From Octopus bimaculoides (taxonomy: Eukaryota): a DNA stretch of 38,504 nucleotides. The notes under the pieces were generated by a model. It was not told the origin of the DNA. It ran no database searches and was given only the letters and a program-made list of their open reading frames with translations. The position numbers were made by a program, and so were the translations under genes. The stretch covers positions 122,431,937-122,470,440 of the forward strand of contig NC_068981.1 in NCBI RefSeq assembly GCF_001194135.2, written 5' to 3'. Below, piece by piece: positions 23,891 through 35,453 of this stretch; position 1 is the first letter of the stretch; each line of letters begins with the position of its first letter.

Positions 23891-24872
23891 TTCTTTTATT
23901 CTTTTATATGTTTTAGTTCGAAGGGGTGCCACAAGTGTAATTACCTTGTAATTGCCGAATTCTATTTGAGTGGATTTTGGTGAAGGAGGGAGTTTCCTGC
24001 CTCGATATTGGTTCATCTGGGGTCTTGGATAGCAAGAGGTCAAGTTGTTTTTTGAAAACCTCTACTCCAAATCCATTGGAAATCCCTCAGATGTTTTGAA
24101 AACGTGTTAAAAAGCTTTAGGCCCTTGAATTCCAAGCTATTACAGTTCATGTTTTACAGCTAAGATAGGACACCTGAGAATTTTGGAACAATGCAGTGAT
24201 GTCCATTTCGAGGTCTTGTATAACTCTGAATTCCAAAGTTTGGTTCCAGCCCCTCCCGTATTTTCCATACATATATTACTGCATACCTCTCAATTCTTTA
24301 CTCCACGGAGAAGAGTCGTAGCTTTTTTAGCCTCTCCCAGTAGCTGAGTTGTTTCTCGTGTAGTACCCGCTAACCGCCTCAACTTCTGCTATTAATCCGA
24401 CACTGGAAGGTGCCTGTAGTTGAGATCAGTGCTCCAGACCGCTGTGGAGAAATGTACTCCATAGGACCAGTAGAGTTTCCTGGTCCCTCGTTCCGACGGT
24501 TCTCAGAATCCACCCGTCCATTTACTTGTACATTGCCTCCATTTTGATGACATGCATGTGAAACAAGGTATCGTTGCTCAAGTTAATCCTAAGATCACAC
24601 ACCGTATGTGATTCTGGGATTGCCGCTCTTTTTGGTTCAAAGTATCATTGTAGTGACTCCTGAGTACCAATTAGCTGGTAGCGGACAGTTTGGAATTTGC
24701 CTGCAAGAAATGGCATGTTGTTTCCTCAACCTATTTAGATATAACACTTAGGTCTCTCTGTAGAAGATTAGCATCAGAATGTTCCTTGACTACTTGTAAT
24801 ACTTTTGTGCCATGGGCAGAGTTAGTAAGTGTGAGTGTCTGTGTAACTGATGGCATGTCTGAGATAGCCACG
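23891..24872 (-). mobile_element. CR1-group (CR1/L2/Crack-like) LINE, 5'-truncated 3' fragment with decayed RT C-terminus
   Basis: Minus-strand remnants: AHGTKVLQ..LLQRDLSVISK (ADDTK..LQxDL), ENNMPFLAGKFQ, VCDLGI, GWILRT, LSYWERLKKLRLFS, LELKGLKLFN and KKQLDLLLSKTPDEP. It ends in an (AAAAGAAT)n tail at about 23891. Confidence 0.88.
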
Positions 24873-24899
24873 ATATCTATCTATCTATCTATCTATCTA

Positions 24900-24934
<35 letters not shown>

Positions 24935-24978
24935 GGAGAGAGAGAGAGAGAGTGAGAGAGAGAGAGAGACAGAGAGAT
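24873..24978. repeat. Compound (ATCT)n(CT)n(AT)n(GA)n microsatellite
   Basis: Direct reading. Confidence 0.95.
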
Positions 24979-26048
24979 TTTAAACAACTAATAAATATTA
25001 TATATAGATAGATACACATATAAATGCATGTATACATACATGCACATAAACATATGTACATAAAGTACCCACACAGGGAGACATCACAAATATATGTATA
25101 AACGGGAAAACATTGTAATGCAGATTTTGTTCATCGTAGTTGCAGTGAAAACATTGTTAAAAAATACTACTTTGTATGTTAAGGATATGTAATCTAATTT
25201 TAAAAGTGGTTTGAGAGTAAAATAACCACAAGCCTCAAATGTGCCCAGGACGAGAATGATTCAGTAGGACAATCAATACACAAATTTGAACATAACCGTG
25301 TTAGTCATTTATCTCCATCTCGTAGATTTTGATTGGAAAAAAGGAGAAACATTCGATAATACTGATTATATGCTATTAGACACAAGCAGTTGCAGCAATA
25401 TTTTGGGAATTGTAACTAGTTATGTATTCTGGAGTTTATTTTCAAAATTCATCTTTTCTGTTCTTATTTCCTTTTGTATTAAAAGAAATGATAACACAAA
25501 GCGGAACTCGTGAATAGGAGATTATATGGTAAAATGAAACAGATCAAAACCCAAATCTTTTGCGATAAATATGTATTGCCTAAGGCAAATGAATACTGTG
25601 AGGTTTTGCTTGGATCCATACCAGTAAAGTTTTATGGCATCTGGTTATAAATGTTAGGCTACATTCTTCCCTGGTATCGTTCGCTAAATATATTTTTCAC
25701 TCAAAATATATACATATGTACATATGCACATAAATACAATCCCATACACACCATAACTTACGAGTACATACATGCAGGGACGGATAAACATGAGATACGC
25801 ACACACACGGATCGATTTTATCATTCACATATATAGGCACAAAGAAGAAATTTGAAAAAATATTATGGTCACTTAATTATCATAAAATATTTTCAATACA
25901 CAATTATGTACAATATTGTAAACATGAACAATAGCAACTGCACACAGTTTAGAAGCTGATTGTGCTGTAACAAGTGTTAAATGTATCTACGACTAGCACA
26001 CACATGCATGTATGCCTGTTTTTATACTAACATGCAAGCATGTATATA

Positions 26049-27502
26049 CACTGAAGCGCACAAGACACGCGAGACGCGTGTGACTGTGAAATATGTTTTA
26101 ATTTCAATTTTCATAAACCTGACAAAGTCAATTTGTTGGATGTACCTTGACCACAGTCTATGGGTTGTTGTCATGTATTCTGGTAGTGGGCTGATCCAGC
26201 ACATCGAGATTGTAGGGCGTGACAAGTTCAGTACTGTGTATTCCCTTTCCCGGTGTTCAAAACTGCCATACGCTGTCGGTACATGGAGTGCGTGATGCGG
26301 TCCACAAAAGCCATTGGAACCTGTGGCCACACCCTAAGGTAACCTGCCTCCAGTTGCACCTGAATTGTCGGTGCCTCTGGATTTCATCCCACAGGCGTAC
26401 AATTGGGATCAAATCCAGGCTGAGAGCCAGCCGCGGCATATTTCTGAGTTGTGCTGACGCAGCAAGTCCATAGTGACCCTGACCCTATGGGAAGGAGCAT
26501 TGTCCTAGTGGAACATGTGGTTATGGTGACGTGCGAAGGTCACGATGTGTGGTCTTAGGGATCTGGTCAACGTAGAGCTGCGCGGAGATGCTATTTCCTC
26601 TGCCTGCCCAACATTTCGGAAGACATGGGACCCACTTCCCTGATTCAGACCAATAGCACCCCATGAGGCTTTGGTCACCCCACACGTCTCTCTCCATCAC
26701 ACATGCGTCTCTGTAGTGTTCACCCCTTCTACGCCACACACTCTTACTCTGCCATCCGAGGTGGGAACGCACTACCGACTCTCGTCAGAGAAGACTATCA
26801 ACCTCCATTGTTGATGCCACCAATGTCGGTACTGTGGAGCCCACTGTAGTCGTGCCTGACGGTGGTGGGCGGTGAGGACAGGCCCTCGAGCTGGGCGACA
26901 GCAACGCATGTTGTTGGCGGCCAGTCGACGTCGTACCATGTCGCCGCTGATTGGTCGCTGTCCAGTGGCAATGGGTCTCGTGATCTGTCACGCTGACCGG
27001 TCTGAAGCGATCACGGAGGTGGATGAAGAGGTCCTGTCTTAGCGTGGGGCACCCTATTCGGGCCGGTCTCAAGTGCAGTTGGTATGTTGTTATATCGCTT
27101 TTGCAGGTGATAGATGGTGCTAGCATAGATATTGTAAGCTTTCGAAACAATCAGGGCACGCTGCACTGCTTTCATTCGACTGATAGCTTGATCTCTCTGC
27201 GCTGCTGACAATCGGGTCTTATCTGATGCGTCCAAATTTCGAAATCCAGGAATGCAGTTCAAGTTGATTTTTATACACATAACCTCCACGAAATGCACAT
27301 GCATTCCGGTTTTCCTGACAATTATTTGCCATTGCGAGCTACGGCACACAACGCCTTAGCGTTTTGACGTCTCGTTTCAGGGAAAGTTCAGAGGTTACCT
27401 GCAAATTGGGTCTCAGATATAAACCAGCATCTCTTGGAATATTTACACTTACATCACCGAAAAAAATTTCAGAATTTACCATATAAATGTTGCGGTGAAG
27501 TG
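26049..27502 (-). mobile_element. Second Tc1-family transposon (different lineage), decayed; boundaries approximate
   Basis: The left end reads TA|CACTGAAGCGCA and the right end (reverse complement) reads CACTTCACCGCA, a weak and diverged TIR with no TA on the right. A transposase remnant lies inside. Confidence 0.8.
26228..27220 (-). pseudogene. Frameshifted Tc1-like transposase
   Basis: Remnants: RLSAAQRDQAISR, HLRDRFRP, FSDESR (~26780), DNAPSHR, LALSLDLIPIVRLWDEIQR (SPDLNPIE with E changed to V) and terminal GNTQY-stop at 26228. Confidence 0.88.
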
Positions 27503-27631
27503 CGCGCGCACACACACACACACAAACTCTCTCATATATCATATATATATATGGAGAGAAGGAAAATGGAGAGAGAACAGAGAAAACGGGGAGAAGAAAA
27601 TGTGGAGGGATTAAAGGCTCAACATGATATA

Positions 27632-27666
<35 letters not shown>

Positions 27667-27867
27667 NNNNNNNNNNNNNNNNNNNNNNNNNNNNNNNNNN
27701 NNNNNNNNNNNNNNNNNNNNNNNNNNNNNNNNNNNNNNNNNNNNNNNNNNNNNNNNNNNNNNNNNNNNNNNNNNNNNNNNNNNNNNNNNNNNNNNNNNNN
27801 NNNNNNNNNNNNNNNNNNNNNNNNNNNNNNNNNNNNNNNNNNNNNNNNNNNNNNNNNNNNNNNNNNN
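27667..27867. other. Assembly gap (201 N)
   Basis: N run after (TA)n. Confidence 1.
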
Positions 27868-28253
27868 CTCTATCGATCGCACATAATGTATATGTTTTCT
27901 TTATAGGCCAATGTGTTGCAGAATAGCGTTTGAAGTACCTTCCCGGACAACACTCCGTATTAATGAACACTTGAATGCCGTAGACCAGTCGTGATCACTC
28001 GTCCTGGATACAATTCGGGATGAGTAGATACCGATATTTCTCCATTATTGTGTCATATCAATGACAATCATCTGAATCAAACTGAGAATATTGACACCAC
28101 TGATCTCTGATTTAAATACAAATACAGTGAATGTTATTTGCTGATGAGCCACGCCAACGCAAATGTGAAAGCCAATTAAATTATGAATGAAAGGCAACTC
28201 CGGGAATGGAAATAATGTCGCTTGTTCATACACAGTGGATATACTATGCTTAG

Positions 28254-28421
28254 AAGCCGATTTGCTGCGGACAGCATCTGTGGCAGCTTCCTAGACAACG
28301 CCGCATGTTCAAGATCACGTGATTGTTATATCTTGCTTGGCTTATCACCGTCAGTTGTTTTTTTAACACGCAGCGTTGTCCACTGATCTATCCCAGATGC
28401 TATTCCACGGCAAATCGGTTT
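28254..28421. repeat. Imperfect inverted repeat, arms about 57 bp, spacer about 55 nt
   Basis: AAGCCGATTTGCTGCGGACAGCATCTG..GACAACGCCGCATGTT (28254-28309) against the reverse complement of 28365-28421, AAACCGATTTGCCGTGGAATAGCATCTG..GACAACGCTGCGTGTT. Confidence 0.8.
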
Positions 28422-28501
28422 AGAAAGGGATCTGGTCAGCGTAGCGCTGTAATCAATATTTATTACATTAACAAAGCTGCTTTTAATTCGTAATTCACAC
28501 G

Positions 28502-28625
<124 letters not shown>

Positions 28626-28627
28626 TC

Positions 28628-28830
28628 ATTCACACACTACTATGTGTGAATAACATTCTTTAGGTCAAATTTTACTCACTCACAACTATTTGTAGGCTCC
28701 GTCCCTTACTCAGTGAACCAAATTAGATGATGCTTACAGTTTTAGATTGGTTACATCACAAGCGACCTTTCTAGCTAAATCAATTGAAAATTGATTCAGT
28801 AGAAAAAGTAGTCAAATATGATGAGGTCAC
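28628..28830. repeat. Dispersed ~200-bp repeat, copy 1, beginning with a short hairpin
   Basis: Shares GAACCAAATTAGATGATGYTTACAGTTTTAGATTGGTYACAYCA...TGAAAATT..TTCAGTAG with 29661-29840. Confidence 0.8.
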
Positions 28831-29352
28831 AAACGGGAGAATAAAGCTTGAAATCGACTTTGAGCCTAAATATTTTTTATAAATAAATGTATATTTTATT
28901 TCAGCATATATCATAGATCTCGACGACTGGAATCTCTCTATGTGAGTTATATGCAAAAATATTCAGTAGAAAAATATACTGAGTTATAAATTGGTGGAAA
29001 AAAAAAATGAGATTAACGCCAGATACTGACTTTGACTCCAAATATTATTCTTCGTTCAAAAGAAAACTATATCTAAATTTTACTTTTCTGATACATCCCG
29101 ACTACATGAATCCCATGATATTAATCATTAAAAAAAATTCAAGTCAAAAAGTATTGGGATCAAATGTGCCCAAAACAGTGTTAACGCGTGAAAGCAAATT
29201 CAAAGCCTAAACATTTTGTTTTTGTGTAAAAAGTTTGTTTATCGCTCGTGGTGCTAATGTTTTCAAAAAGTATTCGATATATAAAAAAAAGCTAAATGTG
29301 CTAAAAGTACGTAAAACAATTTTGAATTACTATTATTACTTATTGCAGTACT

Positions 29353-29565
29353 AAGACGAAAAGCTCGCAGAATAGTTAGCACGCAGGATGAAAGCTTCGA
29401 GGCATTTCGTCTGTCTCTACATTCTGAGTTCAAATTCTGCCAAAGTCGTCTTTGCCTCATATCTTTTCTGTACTCGATAACATGAGTATCAGCTGAGCGC
29501 TGAGATCGATGTAATCAACTTCCCTCCACACCGAATTTTACGGCCTTCAGCCAAAATCGGAAAGC
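29353..29565 (+). mobile_element. Family B SINE (diverged)
   Basis: GCAGAATAGTTAGCACGC...CATTTCGTCTGTCTCTACATTCTGAGTTCAAATTCTGCC...CGATGTAATCAACT. Confidence 0.8.
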
Positions 29566-29660
29566 AATATTGCAATGTGCTTGATTTTATTCAGTATTTA
29601 GGTATCTTGCAAATATCTACATCATATTCATAAAATACACTATATTGTAGTAAATATCAC

Positions 29661-29840
29661 TCACACACGGCAGTGTGTGAATAATAATTTTACACCATTT
29701 CTAGGTTTTCCTACTGGATCTGTTTTGAACCAAATTAGATGATGTTTACAGTTTTAGATTGGTCACACCAGAAGCTACATTTCAAGCTAAAACGAATGAA
29801 AATTTGGTTCAGTAGCAAAATGATGAGATTTCAAATATGT
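29661..29840. repeat. Dispersed ~200-bp repeat, copy 2
   Basis: Direct repeat of 28628-28830. The core is offset by 1,012 nt. Confidence 0.8.
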
Positions 29841-29841
29841 T

Positions 29842-30040
29842 ATTTATTTACTACCCACAAGGGGCTACACACAGAGGGGACAAACAAGGGCAGACAAACG
29901 GATTAAGTCAATTACAACGATCCCAGTGCGTAACTGGTACTTATTTAACCGACCCCGAAAGGATGAAAGGCAAAGTCGACCTCGTCGGAATTTGAACTCA
30001 TAACGTACCGCCAAGCATTTCGCCCGGGGAGAATAACGCC
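29842..30040 (-). mobile_element. Family B SINE variant with a different 3' tail
   Basis: Contains GAGTTCAAATTCCGACGAGGTCGACTTTGCCTTTCATCCTTTCGGGGTCGG on the minus strand, with tail CCGTTTGTCTGCCCTTGTTTGTCCCC...TAAATAAATAA. Confidence 0.85.
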
Positions 30041-30330
30041 TGAAACCAACTTCAGGGATGTACACGCGACGCTGCATAATATTTTCGTAAACATACACAA
30101 ATACACATACACAGTGCACACGCACACCCACACACACACGGTGCACACACACACATACACAAATACGCGCGCATGCACATACACATAAGCAACTTTTAAA
30201 GCGCCCATGAAGAGAAACAAAGGTAAGTGTGACGAATACGTAGCTTTAAGGAGAGAGGGGGTACGTTGACAAAAATATATGCCAACTGGACTGTTTTCTG
30301 GTGTCCAGCGTAAATAAACAGTAGCGCACA

Positions 30331-30366
<36 letters not shown>

Positions 30367-30901
30367 TACATATACATACATACATACACACATACTTACA
30401 TACGTACATACGTACATACATGCTTATTGCAAAGAAACTGTTACGAAGAATTTTTATTAAACAAACGAAAGCAAAGCACTTCTAACGTTTTAATAAGTCT
30501 TCTCTTTGCGTTTAAATGAATGAAGCGTCGCTGTTAATTCTTCGCCGTATACAACCGTGTTTATCATACACGCCCAGTGAAGTGGGCAAGTTCAAGTTTT
30601 CGATAGTTACAATTGTGAGAAGGTTTTTTATGAAATTGTACATGCATTTACACATATATATATATGTGTGTGGGGGGCACGTGTGAATGTGTGTATTCAT
30701 ACATGTATAAACGTGTGTGTGAGAGATAGAGAAACGTAGAGATTACAATTGAATAGTTTATAAATATAAATGGACGATTATAGTAAAGTATTCCGTATAA
30801 TTCTTCACTTCTCGTTTATTATTACACATCAACACCCATATACTTTTGTGCAACCAGATTCACAATTTAGTATACACACACACAAAAATATATTTATGTA
30901 A

Positions 30902-31467
30902 NNNNNNNNNNNNNNNNNNNNNNNNNNNNNNNNNNNNNNNNNNNNNNNNNNNNNNNNNNNNNNNNNNNNNNNNNNNNNNNNNNNNNNNNNNNNNNNNNNN
31001 NNNNNNNNNNNNNNNNNNNNNNNNNNNNNNNNNNNNNNNNNNNNNNNNNNNNNNNNNNNNNNNNNNNNNNNNNNNNNNNNNNNNNNNNNNNNNNNNNNNN
31101 NNNNNNNNNNNNNNNNNNNNNNNNNNNNNNNNNNNNNNNNNNNNNNNNNNNNNNNNNNNNNNNNNNNNNNNNNNNNNNNNNNNNNNNNNNNNNNNNNNNN
31201 NNNNNNNNNNNNNNNNNNNNNNNNNNNNNNNNNNNNNNNNNNNNNNNNNNNNNNNNNNNNNNNNNNNNNNNNNNNNNNNNNNNNNNNNNNNNNNNNNNNN
31301 NNNNNNNNNNNNNNNNNNNNNNNNNNNNNNNNNNNNNNNNNNNNNNNNNNNNNNNNNNNNNNNNNNNNNNNNNNNNNNNNNNNNNNNNNNNNNNNNNNNN
31401 NNNNNNNNNNNNNNNNNNNNNNNNNNNNNNNNNNNNNNNNNNNNNNNNNNNNNNNNNNNNNNNNNNN
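30902..31467. other. Assembly gap (566 N)
   Basis: N run. Confidence 1.
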
Positions 31468-32334
31468 ATATATATATATCTGTGTGTGTGTGTAAATGCG
31501 GAAAGTAAAATGCATACGTACACACATGAAGACACATATTATCAAATATAAATACAGTAATAAGCTAGACACAAACAAATATACAACCATTCTGATGCAT
31601 AATTATACATATGACCTCAGGAATCTGAGGTCTAATTTATCAGTCAATCAATACTTTTGTATCCAACGAACAACAGTTAGAAATACTTTGATCTATTTTG
31701 CATGGATTCTACAATATTTCTTCCTTTATTTGTATTATTCCTATGAGCGCTATATTTTACTTCCTTGAAAAATGTAACAAACTGTAAATAAACAAGGAAT
31801 TAAGTTTTCTAGTATAGTTAACAGAAACAATTGTATGTGAACTCCTTTTCACTACTAAATATCCAATAGAGTTTATTTTCAAGATTTGATATCGATCCAA
31901 ATCCTGTCGTATTGAATGATTAAATTTAAAAACAGATAATAAATATAGTAATATAAGAAATTTATAACGGCATTTCAATTCAATTTTCTTTTACATACTG
32001 CTTACTATTTTAGTTACAGATTTACTTACAGTATTTCGTAAAATTATTTTCACAATTTTTGTTATACTTTGCTCTTTTTTTTTTTCGGTAGTGATTCGTT
32101 GTTCTTGTTGCTCATCTTTATTGATTGCATATACTGCAAACAGAAAGTTAAAACAATAGATTCTCATGAAATTACACACACTAATAAATAAGTAGAGACC
32201 CATTAAAGTGCACTCTTACAATATATACGCACACACAAACATACACGCACACATATACACATATACTCCCTGTATATAAGTATATGTAAGTATGTATGTG
32301 TATGTATATATATATATATATACATACATATATA

Positions 32335-32549
32335 TCTTTTACTCTTTTAATATTTTATTTGTTTCAGTTATTTGACTGCGGCCATGCTGGAGCACCGTCT
32401 TTAGTCGCGCAAATCGACCCTGGGACTTATTCTTTGTAAACCTAGTACTTATTCTATCGGTTCTTTTGCCGAACCGCTAAGCACACCAGCATTGGTTCTC
32501 AAGCAATGCTAGGGGGACAAACACAGACACATACGCGCGCGCACGCACG

Positions 32550-32585
<36 letters not shown>

Positions 32586-32756
32586 CAAATATGCGACGGG
32601 TTTCTTTCAGGTTCCGTCTACCAAATCCACTCACAAGGCTTTGGTCGGCCCGAGGCTATAGTAGAAGACACTTGCCCAAGATGCCACGCAGCGTGACTGA
32701 ACCCGGAGCCATGTGGTTGTTAAGTAAGCTAGTTACCACACAGTCACTCCTGCGCC
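32335..32756 (-). mobile_element. Family A SINE, full length (tRNA head, internal microsatellite, body, AAAAGAGT-type tail)
   Basis: Head GGCGCAGGAGTGACTGTGTGGTAAC...CCGGGTTCAGTC, then a (TG/TA)n insert at about 32525-32590, then body and tail ...GGTGCTCCAGCATGGCCGCAGTCAAATAACTGAAAC..AAAAGAGTAAAAGA. Confidence 0.88.
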
Positions 32757-33262
32757 TATATATATATTTATTTATGATTATGCATGATTTCTTAAACGTG
32801 TTCCTTTCTGGATAGCAAAATGAAGAATGTAACGTTAAAGTTTGTTGGAACTACTATTTTTAATATCACCAAGCTATTTTTACATGAACGTATATTTCAG
32901 ATATCTTTACTGATATATGCTAAAGAAGTTTTGATTTATGAGCAAAGAATGTTATTAGTTATATGTACACACACAAACAGAGACACCCATATATATATAT
33001 ACATATACACACACATATTATATATAGATAGATAGATATTCGCAATTCATTGATTTATTGTAGAATTCGTTTGAATCAGGACCGAAGGAAATGGTCGAAT
33101 TCAGCTCACGATTGAATGCAAGTTCAAGATCAAACATAGGAATAATTCCAGGTATGGTCCATGCATAAAATAAGACCACCAGTGCTTTAAAGGTACACAA
33201 TGGTTTAACCCTTATATGTTCTCATTTGGTACATACATATATGTATGTGTCAAATATATGTG

Positions 33263-33372
33263 TTCTTTTATTCTTTTACTTGTTTCAGTTTTTTGGGCTG
33301 CGGCCATGCTGGAGCATCGCATTTTTTAGTAGAACAAAATTGAACCCTGGACTTATTCTTTGCTTACCGATA
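33263..33372 (-). mobile_element. Family A SINE 3' fragment
   Basis: TTCTTTTATTCTTTTACTTGTTTCAG..CTGCGGCCATGCTGGAGCA matches 32335-32400. Confidence 0.8.
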
Positions 33373-34077
33373 GCTATATCTTTTAAAATATATATATATG
33401 CTTTAATACTTGATGAGCTTCCATTTCGTGAAGAAAACGATTGAAAATGTGAGAGAGAGTGAAGAAAATGAAACATAATAAGACAAAGTACATTTTGAGC
33501 TCTATTGCTGAGTGCAGAGAGAAACGGGTGCCTTTAATATTTTACACGGCTTTCACGTTTGAAAGTGCGATTTATATATCTTTCAACTAGATACGTGGCT
33601 CGAATGTCAACAGCAGAGCAGACCTTGCTAAAGCACAAAACGACAGGTCGTGGTCGTAAACCAGGTAACTAAATGAAGAAAAGGAACGAGCTTACCGAAA
33701 GTAATTCAGAAGAAATACAGAAGTTTAATGGAGGGAAATGAGATAAAGAGAGAGAAGAAAGTAAAGCAGCGTCACAACTTTCAACTGAAATACATAAGTA
33801 TATGAGTATAATAGCAGCTTAGCCCGGATTCACCCTGTCGGTTTGGATGATGTGGCTGTTAAACCTGCTCTGTGTCAGCATTCGACTTGTTTGGGCAGGC
33901 TTACGTTAAGAAAAAAAAAATTTAGAATGACTTTTTTATGTCAAAATGCTAAAAATAACTGACCAACAAAAAAAAATACAACCACGATTCAACCTAATCA
34001 AAAAATAAACCCAAATACTAAGTGAACAAAGATGAACAATCCCACTTACATTGTGCGCGCACACACACACACACACA

Positions 34078-34710
34078 NNNNNNNNNNNNNNNNNNNNNNN
34101 NNNNNNNNNNNNNNNNNNNNNNNNNNNNNNNNNNNNNNNNNNNNNNNNNNNNNNNNNNNNNNNNNNNNNNNNNNNNNNNNNNNNNNNNNNNNNNNNNNNN
34201 NNNNNNNNNNNNNNNNNNNNNNNNNNNNNNNNNNNNNNNNNNNNNNNNNNNNNNNNNNNNNNNNNNNNNNNNNNNNNNNNNNNNNNNNNNNNNNNNNNNN
34301 NNNNNNNNNNNNNNNNNNNNNNNNNNNNNNNNNNNNNNNNNNNNNNNNNNNNNNNNNNNNNNNNNNNNNNNNNNNNNNNNNNNNNNNNNNNNNNNNNNNN
34401 NNNNNNNNNNNNNNNNNNNNNNNNNNNNNNNNNNNNNNNNNNNNNNNNNNNNNNNNNNNNNNNNNNNNNNNNNNNNNNNNNNNNNNNNNNNNNNNNNNNN
34501 NNNNNNNNNNNNNNNNNNNNNNNNNNNNNNNNNNNNNNNNNNNNNNNNNNNNNNNNNNNNNNNNNNNNNNNNNNNNNNNNNNNNNNNNNNNNNNNNNNNN
34601 NNNNNNNNNNNNNNNNNNNNNNNNNNNNNNNNNNNNNNNNNNNNNNNNNNNNNNNNNNNNNNNNNNNNNNNNNNNNNNNNNNNNNNNNNNNNNNNNNNNN
34701 NNNNNNNNNN
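34078..34710. other. Assembly gap (633 N)
   Basis: N run between (CA)n and (TA)n. Confidence 1.
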
Positions 34711-34749
<39 letters not shown>

Positions 34750-35264
34750 GTATATATATGTATATACATATGTGTATGTGCGCGTGTGTGTCGGTGTATG
34801 TGCTTATATGTGTGCCCGTGCACCTTCTTGAAAAGAAAATATTTTGTTCCTTTCATCAGCAGCCTGCTTTATAATTTTTTTACTTGGATATGCTATCCAG
34901 CAATTCATGTTATTTCGCGGCAACTTTTATTTTTCTGTTACCTCTATTTATCACATATTCTTATATTTAATACTTATTATTATTTACATAACCTTATACC
35001 ATACTATATCACATCGGGTTCTAATGCCACATTTTATTTTATTACCTTTTATCATTATTTTTCTGTTCATTGCATTTTGTTACATTGCATCCTGATATTT
35101 CGCACCATGTTCGCTCATAAACAAATTTTATCATTAACACTTAGAAAAACTCAATTCACCAAATTCAAATTTAATCTAATACCTAAACCCGAAATTTTCA
35201 CAAATTATGACCTACATATGCATATAATTCGTGAATAGAAACATAAATGAAATTCAAAATATCG

Positions 35265-35453
35265 ATTTCAACTTTTGGCAAAAGGGCAGCAATTTAGAGG
35301 AAGAGGATAAGCCAATTAATCACACTGAGTGCTCAAGGATGAAAGGATGAAAGGAGCAGTTGTTCTCGGCAGAATTAGAAATCAGGAGTAATGACGGACG
35401 AAATGCCGCTACGCATTTTGTTTTGCGTGCTAACGATTCTGCCTTCTCGCAGC
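35265..35453 (-). mobile_element. Family B SINE, degraded and internally deleted
   Basis: Minus strand GGCAGAATCGTTAGCACGC...GCGTAGCGGCATTTCGTCCGTC...CCTTTCATCCTTTC. Confidence 0.75.

Noticed and set aside
25286-25513. 75-aa ORF with an acceptor near 25325
   Set aside because: No strong donor, no recognisable motif and a length expected by chance.
31613-31632. 8-bp stem-loop GACCTCAG-gaat-CTGAGGTC (similar small stems near 18534 and 19515)
   Set aside because: Isolated 7-8 bp stems are expected by chance in 38 kb and have no supporting context.
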